Source: Patescibacteria group bacterium (GTDB lineage: Bacteria > Patescibacteriota > Patescibacteriia > UBA1558 > GWA2-36-10). Taken from it: a stretch of 64,000 nt of DNA. Made by a program: the position numbers and the translations under genes. Of the stretch, positions 27,836 through 34,934 are shown piece by piece. Below the pieces are notes generated by a model. The model searched no databases and was not told the DNA's origin. It was given only the letters and a program-made list of their open reading frames with translations. Numbering within the stretch: the first letter of the stretch is position 1; each line of letters starts with the position of its first letter. The stretch spans positions 69,030-133,029 of the forward strand of contig JBAZKN010000002.1 of assembly GCA_041650755.1 (NCBI GenBank), read 5' to 3'.

Positions 27836-28213
27836 ATGAAGAAGCTTAGCAAAGTTATGCTGGTTGCTCGTGGTGCCGAGGCTTTGAAGAGCTTACAGGG
27901 CATGTGGGGTCGCGCTCAGGTAGATCAGCTGGCTGAGCTAATCCCAGCTATGAGTTTCCGTTCGGTGCGGGCAACTCAGCGGCTGGTGCGGAAGAATCAG
28001 CCGTCAGTGGTGGTCATTGGTCATGGCTTTGCTGATCAGCCGTTCTTCGGCGACGAGCTTATTCAAGCCATCAGGGCTGCTTGCCCCAGCTGTCTCGTCA
28101 TCTGCATCAACGGCGGTTTATTTTTGACTGCTGTTCACAGCCAGGTCGACTTTCGTATTAAGGGTAGTCCAGAAAATCTGCGGACAACCCTTTTGGCTAT
28201 CCGTGCTCGGTAG
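27836..28213 (+). CDS. Orphan protein, weakly receiver(CheY)-like
   Basis: Promoter TTGACT-17-TATATT (27759-27787), SD GAAGGGAG; QPSVVVIG..FFGDELIQAIR..CP...VICI pattern. Confidence 0.6.
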   Translation: MKKLSKVMLVARGAEALKSLQGMWGRAQVDQLAELIPAMSFRSVRATQRLVRKNQPSVVVIGHGFADQPFFGDELIQAIRAACPSCLVICINGGLFLTAVHSQVDFRIKGSPENLRTTLLAIRAR

Positions 28214-28227
28214 ATCAAGATCTAGGG

Positions 28228-28284
28228 TGGGTGCTGGCGTCAGCACCTTTTTATATAAAAAAATGCCGTCCAGGATGGACGGCA
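28228..28284. terminator. Back-to-back terminators of convergent orphan genes
   Basis: GGTGCTG..CAGCACC+T-run (+) and A-run+TGCCGTCC..GGACGGCA (-). Confidence 0.7.
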
Positions 28285-28298
28285 CGCAGAAGGAGTTT

Positions 28299-28811
28299 TC
28301 AAGCCTCCAGGCGCCTGGCAGAGGCGGGGTTTTGCCATCTTCTCCGCGGCACGCGGAGAGGTACGATAGGCGCCAGGCGGGGCGGTTTGCTTCGGGTCGC
28401 CCGCGAAGTAGGCATGAAACGCGCATGTGAGGGGAAAGATGCAATGATGCGACTACGAGCAGCAGATGGCCTGTCGTTAGCAACTGCCGTAACCTTAGCA
28501 ACTACTGCTTCGGGGATTTCCTCAATATCCATGTACATATCAGCCAAGTCGCCAAAAAGGCCGCGACGTAGGCCATAAAACATCAGCGCCTCATAGCCCA
28601 TGCCAACAATAGCTTCTTGGTCGAGGTCGAGCTTGACCAGATCGTCTGGGCTCAAGACTGCCCAATTGCCCCTGTGTCGAGGCATAGGATTCGGGATAGA
28701 CAGAAAGAGATATTCGCCGGGCGGCAAAGTGAAGCTAGCTTCTTGGTAGGGATCAGTGCTCAATACGTGGTATAGCACCCGAGGGAATTCTGTGACCACG
28801 CGTAGTGGCAT
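28299..28811 (-). CDS. Orphan protein with Arg/Pro-rich tail
   Basis: SD GAAGGAG before ATG 28811; promoter TTGTAA-17-TATAAT (28919-28891); alternative start 28886. Confidence 0.55.
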   Translation of the reverse strand: MPLRVVTEFPRVLYHVLSTDPYQEASFTLPPGEYLFLSIPNPMPRHRGNWAVLSPDDLVKLDLDQEAIVGMGYEALMFYGLRRGLFGDLADMYMDIEEIPEAVVAKVTAVANDRPSAARSRIIASFPSHARFMPTSRATRSKPPRLAPIVPLRVPRRRWQNPASARRLEA

Positions 28812-28956
28812 GACCCTCTCCTTCGAGATGTTGAGGTACAGAAATCGGCTGCCACCGTTTTGCGTGAAGATAGTGGCAACCTCCATTTAAATTATAGAAT
28901 ATGCAAGTTGACTTTACAAGCTAAATAAAATATTCTAAAGTATGAGGTTGAATTGA

Positions 28957-29047
28957 GGTGGGATGGCCGAGTGGTTGAAGGCGCCGCACTCGAAATGCGG
29001 TATACTCAAAAAGGGTATCGGGGGTTCGAATCCCTCTCCCACCGCCA
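28957..29047 (+). tRNA. tRNA-Ser (anticodon CGA)
   Basis: Acceptor GGTGGGA/TCCCACC, anticodon arm CCGCA-CTCGAAA-TGCGG, long variable arm, GCCA. Confidence 0.95.
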
Positions 29048-29061
29048 AGTTATATAAAGGT

Positions 29062-29113
29062 GAGAATCTTTACCCGCCGAAGCTTTAGCGCAGGTGGGCT
29101 TCCGCCTCCGCCA
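29062..29113 (+). repeat. Degenerate tRNA 3'-end copy interrupted by a palindromic repeat
   Basis: GAGAATC-[CCCGCCGAAGCTTTAGCGCAGGTGGG]-CTTCCGCCTCCGCCA versus tRNA end CGAATCCCTCTCCCACCGCCA. Confidence 0.45.
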
Positions 29114-29151
29114 GATCTTAAATTAGTATTTTTAGATAGACATTATTTTAT

Positions 29152-30084
29152 ATGACTAAGACCAAGAAAATAAAATTTGTTTTTTGGAGAAAGATATCGG
29201 GCGATCCAGTGGATGATTATTTTTCTGATAAGCCCCAATATCATGCATTTTTTATGAAATGCAGTGAAATATTTGATTTTCGTATAGCCAATAATCCAGA
29301 TTCATATGTTGGTGGCGGAATTTTTGGTAATGTTTACAAATATCAAAATTGGAAATTTGTACCGGCTGAAAAAATATTTAAAGCAGATGTGGTTTATCAG
29401 CGCAAAAGACTCACGGATGAATCGTTTGATTATGCGGTACCGATCATTGATACTCCTGAGTTCAAAAAGTGGTGCCCCGACAAATGGAATCAATATCAGC
29501 TGCTCTCTCGGTATATGCCAAAAACCTTCTTGGTGCAAAGCCAGGAAGAATTTATTAAAAAATTGAGGCATATTACAACCAAAAAAGCGGTTGTGAAGCC
29601 ACGACGTGGTGAAAAGGGAGAAAACGTTATTGTGTTTGGGAAAAATAACCCACCCTTCCTAGATAAAGAAATTTTAAATGAGAAAGGGTACCTTTTGCAA
29701 GAATTTGCAGATACAAATATTAAAGTAGGAGGTATGATCAATAGTCTCCACGACATAAAACTTATTACTATTGGAGATAAATTTTTTGCTAATCTGCGCA
29801 TACCAGAGCAAGGAAAAGAGTATTGCACATACAATTCTCCATATTTTGAAATTTCAAAAAATGTTTTGCCTGAAAACGTTGTAAATTTTTACTGGGAAAT
29901 CAGAGAGACCATAAATAAAGCATATCCTAATAATTTTTACACTATTGACATGGGGATAACAAAAAAGGGGCCGGTTCTTTTTGAGCTTAATAGTCATACC
30001 GTTTTTCCTTATATGCATTTTAGCTGTGCTAATGAGTTTTTTGATGCGTTCATAAAAACCATTCAATTGCTCGTAAGAAATTAA
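29152..30084 (+). CDS. ATP-grasp fold protein (RimK/YheCD-like)
   Basis: DKW..Y, MPKT, VVKP..GEKG, LLQEF, DIK, IDMG....VLFELN. Confidence 0.75.
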   Translation: MTKTKKIKFVFWRKISGDPVDDYFSDKPQYHAFFMKCSEIFDFRIANNPDSYVGGGIFGNVYKYQNWKFVPAEKIFKADVVYQRKRLTDESFDYAVPIIDTPEFKKWCPDKWNQYQLLSRYMPKTFLVQSQEEFIKKLRHITTKKAVVKPRRGEKGENVIVFGKNNPPFLDKEILNEKGYLLQEFADTNIKVGGMINSLHDIKLITIGDKFFANLRIPEQGKEYCTYNSPYFEISKNVLPENVVNFYWEIRETINKAYPNNFYTIDMGITKKGPVLFELNSHTVFPYMHFSCANEFFDAFIKTIQLLVRN

Positions 30085-30212
30085 CATGGAAAAGACTCCT
30101 TTTTAAGGAGCCTTTTATATTATTCTATACAACAATCAATTGCTTTTTACTAACTCGTCCAATTTACCCACAAAGACTTTTGGTTTTTTATAATAAATTT
30201 GGTATAATATAA

Positions 30213-30806
30213 ATGATGATAATAAAAGATAAGGGTTATTATCTTTCCGAGTTGCAAATAGATGTTTCAGTTTTGTCATTCATGACAGCTGTGACAGTTT
30301 TTTTAGCTGGTTTATTACTGACTAGATTTGATTCTTTTAGTGACTCCATAAAAGTGCCCATCTCTTTTTTGATTATTAGCACGCTTGGATTTTTGTTTTC
30401 CAGTCTTATTATTGCTAATTCATGCGAGAGCGTTGCTAAAAATAAGTTTAAAAAAGTTGAGAAGCATATTCTTTATGGTTATGCGATCTCTGAATATATT
30501 GGAATTTATCTTTTCGTATTATCGATTCCATTGACAGTAAACGTAATTACTAGTGACTTATATTTGCGTATCGTCACTCTTTGCGCAACAATCGGTGGTA
30601 TGGCTCTCTATCAATTTATGGGCTTTTCCATTCTAGAGAGGCATTTTCCCAAAAGTTATCGTCTTTTTTCATTTTTATTCCTGCTTTTCGGTGTCATTTT
30701 GTATTTGTCGCAAGTTTATAGTTGGTACTTTATGATAGTTGCGATTGTTTTTATCCTATTTATTTCAACAGTCACATTTTTAGCACCAAGAAAAGATATC
30801 TTATAA
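30213..30806 (+). CDS. Hypothetical multi-pass membrane protein
   Basis: About six hydrophobic segments; TATAAT just upstream. Confidence 0.75.
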   Translation: MMIIKDKGYYLSELQIDVSVLSFMTAVTVFLAGLLLTRFDSFSDSIKVPISFLIISTLGFLFSSLIIANSCESVAKNKFKKVEKHILYGYAISEYIGIYLFVLSIPLTVNVITSDLYLRIVTLCATIGGMALYQFMGFSILERHFPKSYRLFSFLFLLFGVILYLSQVYSWYFMIVAIVFILFISTVTFLAPRKDIL

Positions 30807-31040
30807 TATCTTGGTCACAAAGATCAGTCGAGGATATTTGAGAAATTATTTAGGGCTGATAATATACGCATTAAAGACGCAGAGGGCACGGGCTTGGGTT
30901 TATATTTAGTTAAATCAATTGTCGAGCATTCCAAAGGCAAGGTTTGGTTTGAGTCAAAAGAGAATAAAGGAACTACTTTTTATGTAAAATTACCTTTGGC
31001 CGGCATGATAAAAAGAATCGGCACTAAGACCATAGATTAA
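30807..31040 (+). pseudogene. C-terminal remnant of a sensor histidine kinase (HATPase_c)
   Basis: Manual translation KDQSRIFEKLFRADN..EGTGLGLYLVKSIVEHSKGKVWFES.ENKGTTFYVKLP (F and G2 boxes); no upstream start and no H/N/G1 boxes. Confidence 0.85.
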
Positions 31041-31050
31041 ATTTTTTATA

Positions 31051-32358
31051 ATGTCTAATCATAAAAATAAGCAAGTTAATAATAGAAAGATTAGCCGTTG
31101 GCTAAAAATTTTTGGCCCGGGCATTATCACTGGTGCGGCTGATGATGATCCATCGGGGATTGCCACTTATTCTCAAACCGGCGCTCAGTTTGGCCTAGGC
31201 ATGCTTTGGGCGGCTCTTTATCAGCTGCCCTTGGTTATAGCCATCCAAGAGGCTTGTGCGCGCATTGGTGCCGTTACCGGCAAGGGCTTAGCTGGCGTGA
31301 TAAAAGCCAATTACTCCAAAAAGTTATTGGTGGCAGTTGTTTCACTAGTGGTTTTGGCCAATATTATAAATATTGGGGCTGACATTGGCGCAGTAGCTAG
31401 CTCGGCGCAATTAATTTGGGACCTGCCTTTTATTTTTTATGCAATAGCTTTTGCTATTTTGGTGATAGTTTTGGAAGTTTTTGTCAGCTACAAAAAATAT
31501 GTAAAATTTTTGAAATGGCTTACTCTGGCTTTATTGGTTTATATTTTGACAGCCTTGATCGTAGGAGGTGATTGGTGGCAATTCCTTAAAAGAACTTTAG
31601 TGCCGCATATAGAATTTAGTTTTGCTTATTTATTTATAATTACAGGCGTTTTTGGCGCCACCATTACGCCGTATATGTTTTTCTGGCAGGCTTCAGAGGA
31701 GGTGGAAGAAGAAATCGCTCATCATAATTTACCGCAAAAAGGTGGCCAGCCTAGGGGTTTGCCCAAATTTTTGCGCAATATGAGGATTGATACAGTGGTA
31801 GGCATGACTTTTTCTGAATTGGGCCAGTGGTTTATTATTGTGACTACGGCCAGTGTGCTTTTTAATAATGGCATTAACGATATAGCCTCCGCGGCTGATG
31901 CTGCCAGAGCTCTTGAACCATTGGTTCAGGCCTTTCCAAATTCTGGGCAGATAGCCAAAGACCTTTTTGCAGTCGGTATTATTGGTTTGGGGCTTTTAGG
32001 AATCCCAGTTTTGGCTGGTTCGGCAGCTTATGCTCTGTCAGAAGCTTTTGGCTGGCCAGAGGGCCTGTATCGCAAGCTTAGGCAGGCCAAGGGATTTTAT
32101 AGCGTAATTATTATTTCTACTTTGGTTGGTTTATTGATCAATTTTATAGGCATCAATCCATTTAAGGCCTTGATTTTTACAGCCGTGTTCAATGGTATAG
32201 CAGCTGTGCCATTGCTGTTTGTGATTGCTAAAATAAATGCTAATAGTAAAATTTTGGGGGAATACAAGGGCGGTAAATTGTCCAGCGGTTTGATTTGGCT
32301 GACATTTATGGTCATGGCTCTGGCCGCTTTATCCCTATTTTATACTTTATTAATTTAG
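31051..32358 (+). CDS. NRAMP family divalent metal transporter
   Basis: GPGIITGAADDDPSGIATYSQ.GA.FG; GATITPY. Confidence 0.92.
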   Translation: MSNHKNKQVNNRKISRWLKIFGPGIITGAADDDPSGIATYSQTGAQFGLGMLWAALYQLPLVIAIQEACARIGAVTGKGLAGVIKANYSKKLLVAVVSLVVLANIINIGADIGAVASSAQLIWDLPFIFYAIAFAILVIVLEVFVSYKKYVKFLKWLTLALLVYILTALIVGGDWWQFLKRTLVPHIEFSFAYLFIITGVFGATITPYMFFWQASEEVEEEIAHHNLPQKGGQPRGLPKFLRNMRIDTVVGMTFSELGQWFIIVTTASVLFNNGINDIASAADAARALEPLVQAFPNSGQIAKDLFAVGIIGLGLLGIPVLAGSAAYALSEAFGWPEGLYRKLRQAKGFYSVIIISTLVGLLINFIGINPFKALIFTAVFNGIAAVPLLFVIAKINANSKILGEYKGGKLSSGLIWLTFMVMALAALSLFYTLLI

Positions 32359-32399
32359 TAATTATCGACTAATTTGTGCTATAATATATTAGCAATTTT

Positions 32400-32879
32400 A
32401 TGAGCAAACAAAACTTTGTTAAATTGATCATCAGTATAGCATTATGTTTATTGGCTGGTGTTTTGGGGTCTATTTTTACTACGCCGCAGATAAACACCTG
32501 GTATGCTACCCTGATAAAACCAATTTGGAGCCCGGCCAATAATTGGTTTGGCCCAGTTTGGACATTATTATTTATTTTGATGGGCGTGGCGGCCTATTAT
32601 ATTTGGGAAGAAATTCCCAATCGAGCCAAGGCAGCCAAGTCAGCTCTGCTGATTTTTTATATTCACTTGCTGGCCAACACGCTTTGGTCGTTTCTATTTT
32701 TTGGCCTCAATAATCCAGGCTTGGGATTCATCTGGATTATTATTTTATGGTTGTTGATTTTGATAACGATGATCAAGTTTTGGCAAGTCAAAAAATTGGC
32801 AGCCTTGATATTATTACCGTATTTATTTTGGGTGAGTTTTGCCGCCTATTTAAATTTTGTTATTTGGAGATTAAATTAA
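32400..32879 (+). CDS. tspO: TspO/MBR family protein
   Basis: WY.TL.KP.W.P....FGPVWT.L, N.LWS.LFFG, PYL.WV.FA..LN. Confidence 0.93.
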   Translation: MSKQNFVKLIISIALCLLAGVLGSIFTTPQINTWYATLIKPIWSPANNWFGPVWTLLFILMGVAAYYIWEEIPNRAKAAKSALLIFYIHLLANTLWSFLFFGLNNPGLGFIWIIILWLLILITMIKFWQVKKLAALILLPYLFWVSFAAYLNFVIWRLN

Positions 32880-32887
32880 AATTTTAG

Positions 32888-33364
32888 ATGGCTATGTTCG
32901 GTCAGGGATTATTTTTGGACTTAGTGGCAAATTATTCTAGTTATGGATTGTTTATTTTAGGGGCTTTAGTTATTAGCTTAATTTTATATTTTATTGTCGG
33001 GTCATTGTTGGAGTTGATTTATGATAGCCTGGTGAAACACAATGTAGATAATTCCAACATTTATGCGATTTTTTTAAACTCTTTTGTCGGTCTAGGTTTT
33101 TTGTATATTATCAGGACCTGGGGGGACTGGATCATGCAGCGTCAAGAAGTCAAGCCCACTGTCATATTATTTCTATCTTTGGCCTGGTGTTTGTCGATAG
33201 TTACCATCAATGAAAAATTTACTTCTACTGAAAAATTTCAACTAATAGTAATGTTTGCTTGTTTGTTTGGTTTCTTGGTTTGGTGGCTGTGGGGTTGGCT
33301 ACCAGCTTTGTATATGTGGGCTCTGGTTACTTTCTTCTTTTATATACGTGAAAAACATAAATAA
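32888..33364 (+). CDS. Hypothetical membrane protein
   Basis: Four to five TM segments; co-oriented after tspO. Confidence 0.7.
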   Translation: MAMFGQGLFLDLVANYSSYGLFILGALVISLILYFIVGSLLELIYDSLVKHNVDNSNIYAIFLNSFVGLGFLYIIRTWGDWIMQRQEVKPTVILFLSLAWCLSIVTINEKFTSTEKFQLIVMFACLFGFLVWWLWGWLPALYMWALVTFFFYIREKHK

Positions 33365-33369
33365 TATTC

Positions 33370-33410
33370 AAAAAATCCGCTTATTTAGTTACGTTTGAAG
33401 CGGATTTTTT
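33370..33410. terminator. Bidirectional intrinsic terminator
   Basis: AAAAAATCCGCTT..AAGCGGATTTTTT between convergent genes. Confidence 0.75.
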
Positions 33411-33413
33411 GTT

Positions 33414-34754
33414 TTATTTAATGTAATTGATGGGATTTTTCCGTACTCCGCCAACTCTGACCTCAAGGTGGAGATGAGGGCCAGTAGAACGACCAGTTGA
33501 TCCCACTAGGGCTATCATCTGACCGCGAGAAACACTGTCTCCGGCCGAAACTAATACTTTGCTAGCGTGGCCATAGAGCGTTTGAATGCCATTGCCGTGG
33601 TTGATGATTACATAGTTGCCATAACCGCCACTGTTCCAGCCGGCAGTTTGCACCTTGCCATCTTCGGCTGCATAGATTGGGTTGCCGACCGAATCGCCAA
33701 TATCCAAGCCAGTGTGTCGCCAACTAAAATATTGGGTAATACGATGGCTTAAAACCGGCCATAATAATTTAGTGCCAGTATTAATATTGGCAGCATATGG
33801 TGTGGCTTCACCATTATAGTAATCATCATCAGTGTTGGGCGTCACCACAGCAACCTTTTTGGGCGGCTTATATGAAGATACTACCTGGGTTGGTTTTACT
33901 CCGTCTGGTAAAAATAATAAGTCACCAACTTGTATACTGGTAGCAGAAGCTAATTCATTAGCGGCTATGATTTTATCGACATTACTTTGATATTTATTGG
34001 CGATAGAAGCCAAGGTATCACCTCTTTGGACTTCATAGTCTATGCCAGAACCGGGCGGGATGGTCAGTTTTTGTCCCGGCCTTATAGTGCTGTTCCAGGT
34101 CAAGTTGTTTGCCCAAAGCACAGTATTTACCGTGACGCCAAATTTTTCCGCGATCGATCCCAAAACATCGCCATTTTGTACAACATAGACCACATCACTG
34201 GTTCGGGTTGTTTTTGTTGGTTCATTATCTTGGGGGCCAAGGATCACCAAGCTGCTGTCGTCAGGGGAAATGGCCACATTGTCGGCGCTATCATAATCTA
34301 TGTCTTGATGATTGAAGACCAGCTCTTGTAAATTTCCTGCTTGTTCCAGATAGCTAGTGACTCGAGGAGCGGTGTTGGCTGGTCCAGTATCCTCGATAAT
34401 TTCGCTCCATTGTGATTCATTGGATTTGACCAGACTAGATAATAGCGTGTAGTTGGCGTATTCATCAGCGTTGCCATTTTGGGCAAAAATGTTATTGGTG
34501 CTAGCGACAAAAATAATAATTGCAATCGTGATACCCGGCAGATATTTTTTTATAAAAAGTAAATAATTTAATTTTCTGAAATCCAGTATTTTTAGCTTTA
34601 TTTTAATTAGAACTATATTTTTGTAAATTAAAACAACAATCGGCAGAATGGTGAATTTACCGATAGTTAAGAGTATTTTGACTAGCGGTCTAAAAAATTT
34701 GGGCAAAGCACGATTTTTCGCCCAAATAAAGAAATCGGCAATTTTTAGAGCCAA
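33414..34754 (-). CDS. LysM-containing M23 metallopeptidase
   Basis: Two LysM repeats (YVVQNGDVL..IA, YEVQRGDTL..IA), HTGLD, YGH, STGPHLH; start uncertain. Confidence 0.92.
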   Translation of the reverse strand: MALKIADFFIWAKNRALPKFFRPLVKILLTIGKFTILPIVVLIYKNIVLIKIKLKILDFRKLNYLLFIKKYLPGITIAIIIFVASTNNIFAQNGNADEYANYTLLSSLVKSNESQWSEIIEDTGPANTAPRVTSYLEQAGNLQELVFNHQDIDYDSADNVAISPDDSSLVILGPQDNEPTKTTRTSDVVYVVQNGDVLGSIAEKFGVTVNTVLWANNLTWNSTIRPGQKLTIPPGSGIDYEVQRGDTLASIANKYQSNVDKIIAANELASATSIQVGDLLFLPDGVKPTQVVSSYKPPKKVAVVTPNTDDDYYNGEATPYAANINTGTKLLWPVLSHRITQYFSWRHTGLDIGDSVGNPIYAAEDGKVQTAGWNSGGYGNYVIINHGNGIQTLYGHASKVLVSAGDSVSRGQMIALVGSTGRSTGPHLHLEVRVGGVRKNPINYIK

Positions 34755-34934
34755 TTTATTGATTATTTTTTTGAGAAATATACTAATATAACCTAAATTA
34801 ATAGTAAACTATCTGAGTAAAGCATTAGTTATCATAACAAAATAGATGCCTCTGGTCAAGGTATTTAAGTGTTGAAAACAGATTGATTTTTAAGTTCCAA
34901 GATGTTAAAATTAGTTTATATTTTTGAAAATTTT

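Noticed and set aside
30213-31040. Stop-codon read-through producing a membrane sensor kinase
   Set aside because: The fused product would lack the HisKA, N and G1 boxes, so a deletion scar is simpler
20686-34934. T-box riboswitches upstream of metG, valS and leuS
   Set aside because: Leaders are short and AT-rich, with no T-box GGTGG-ACC consensus or terminator
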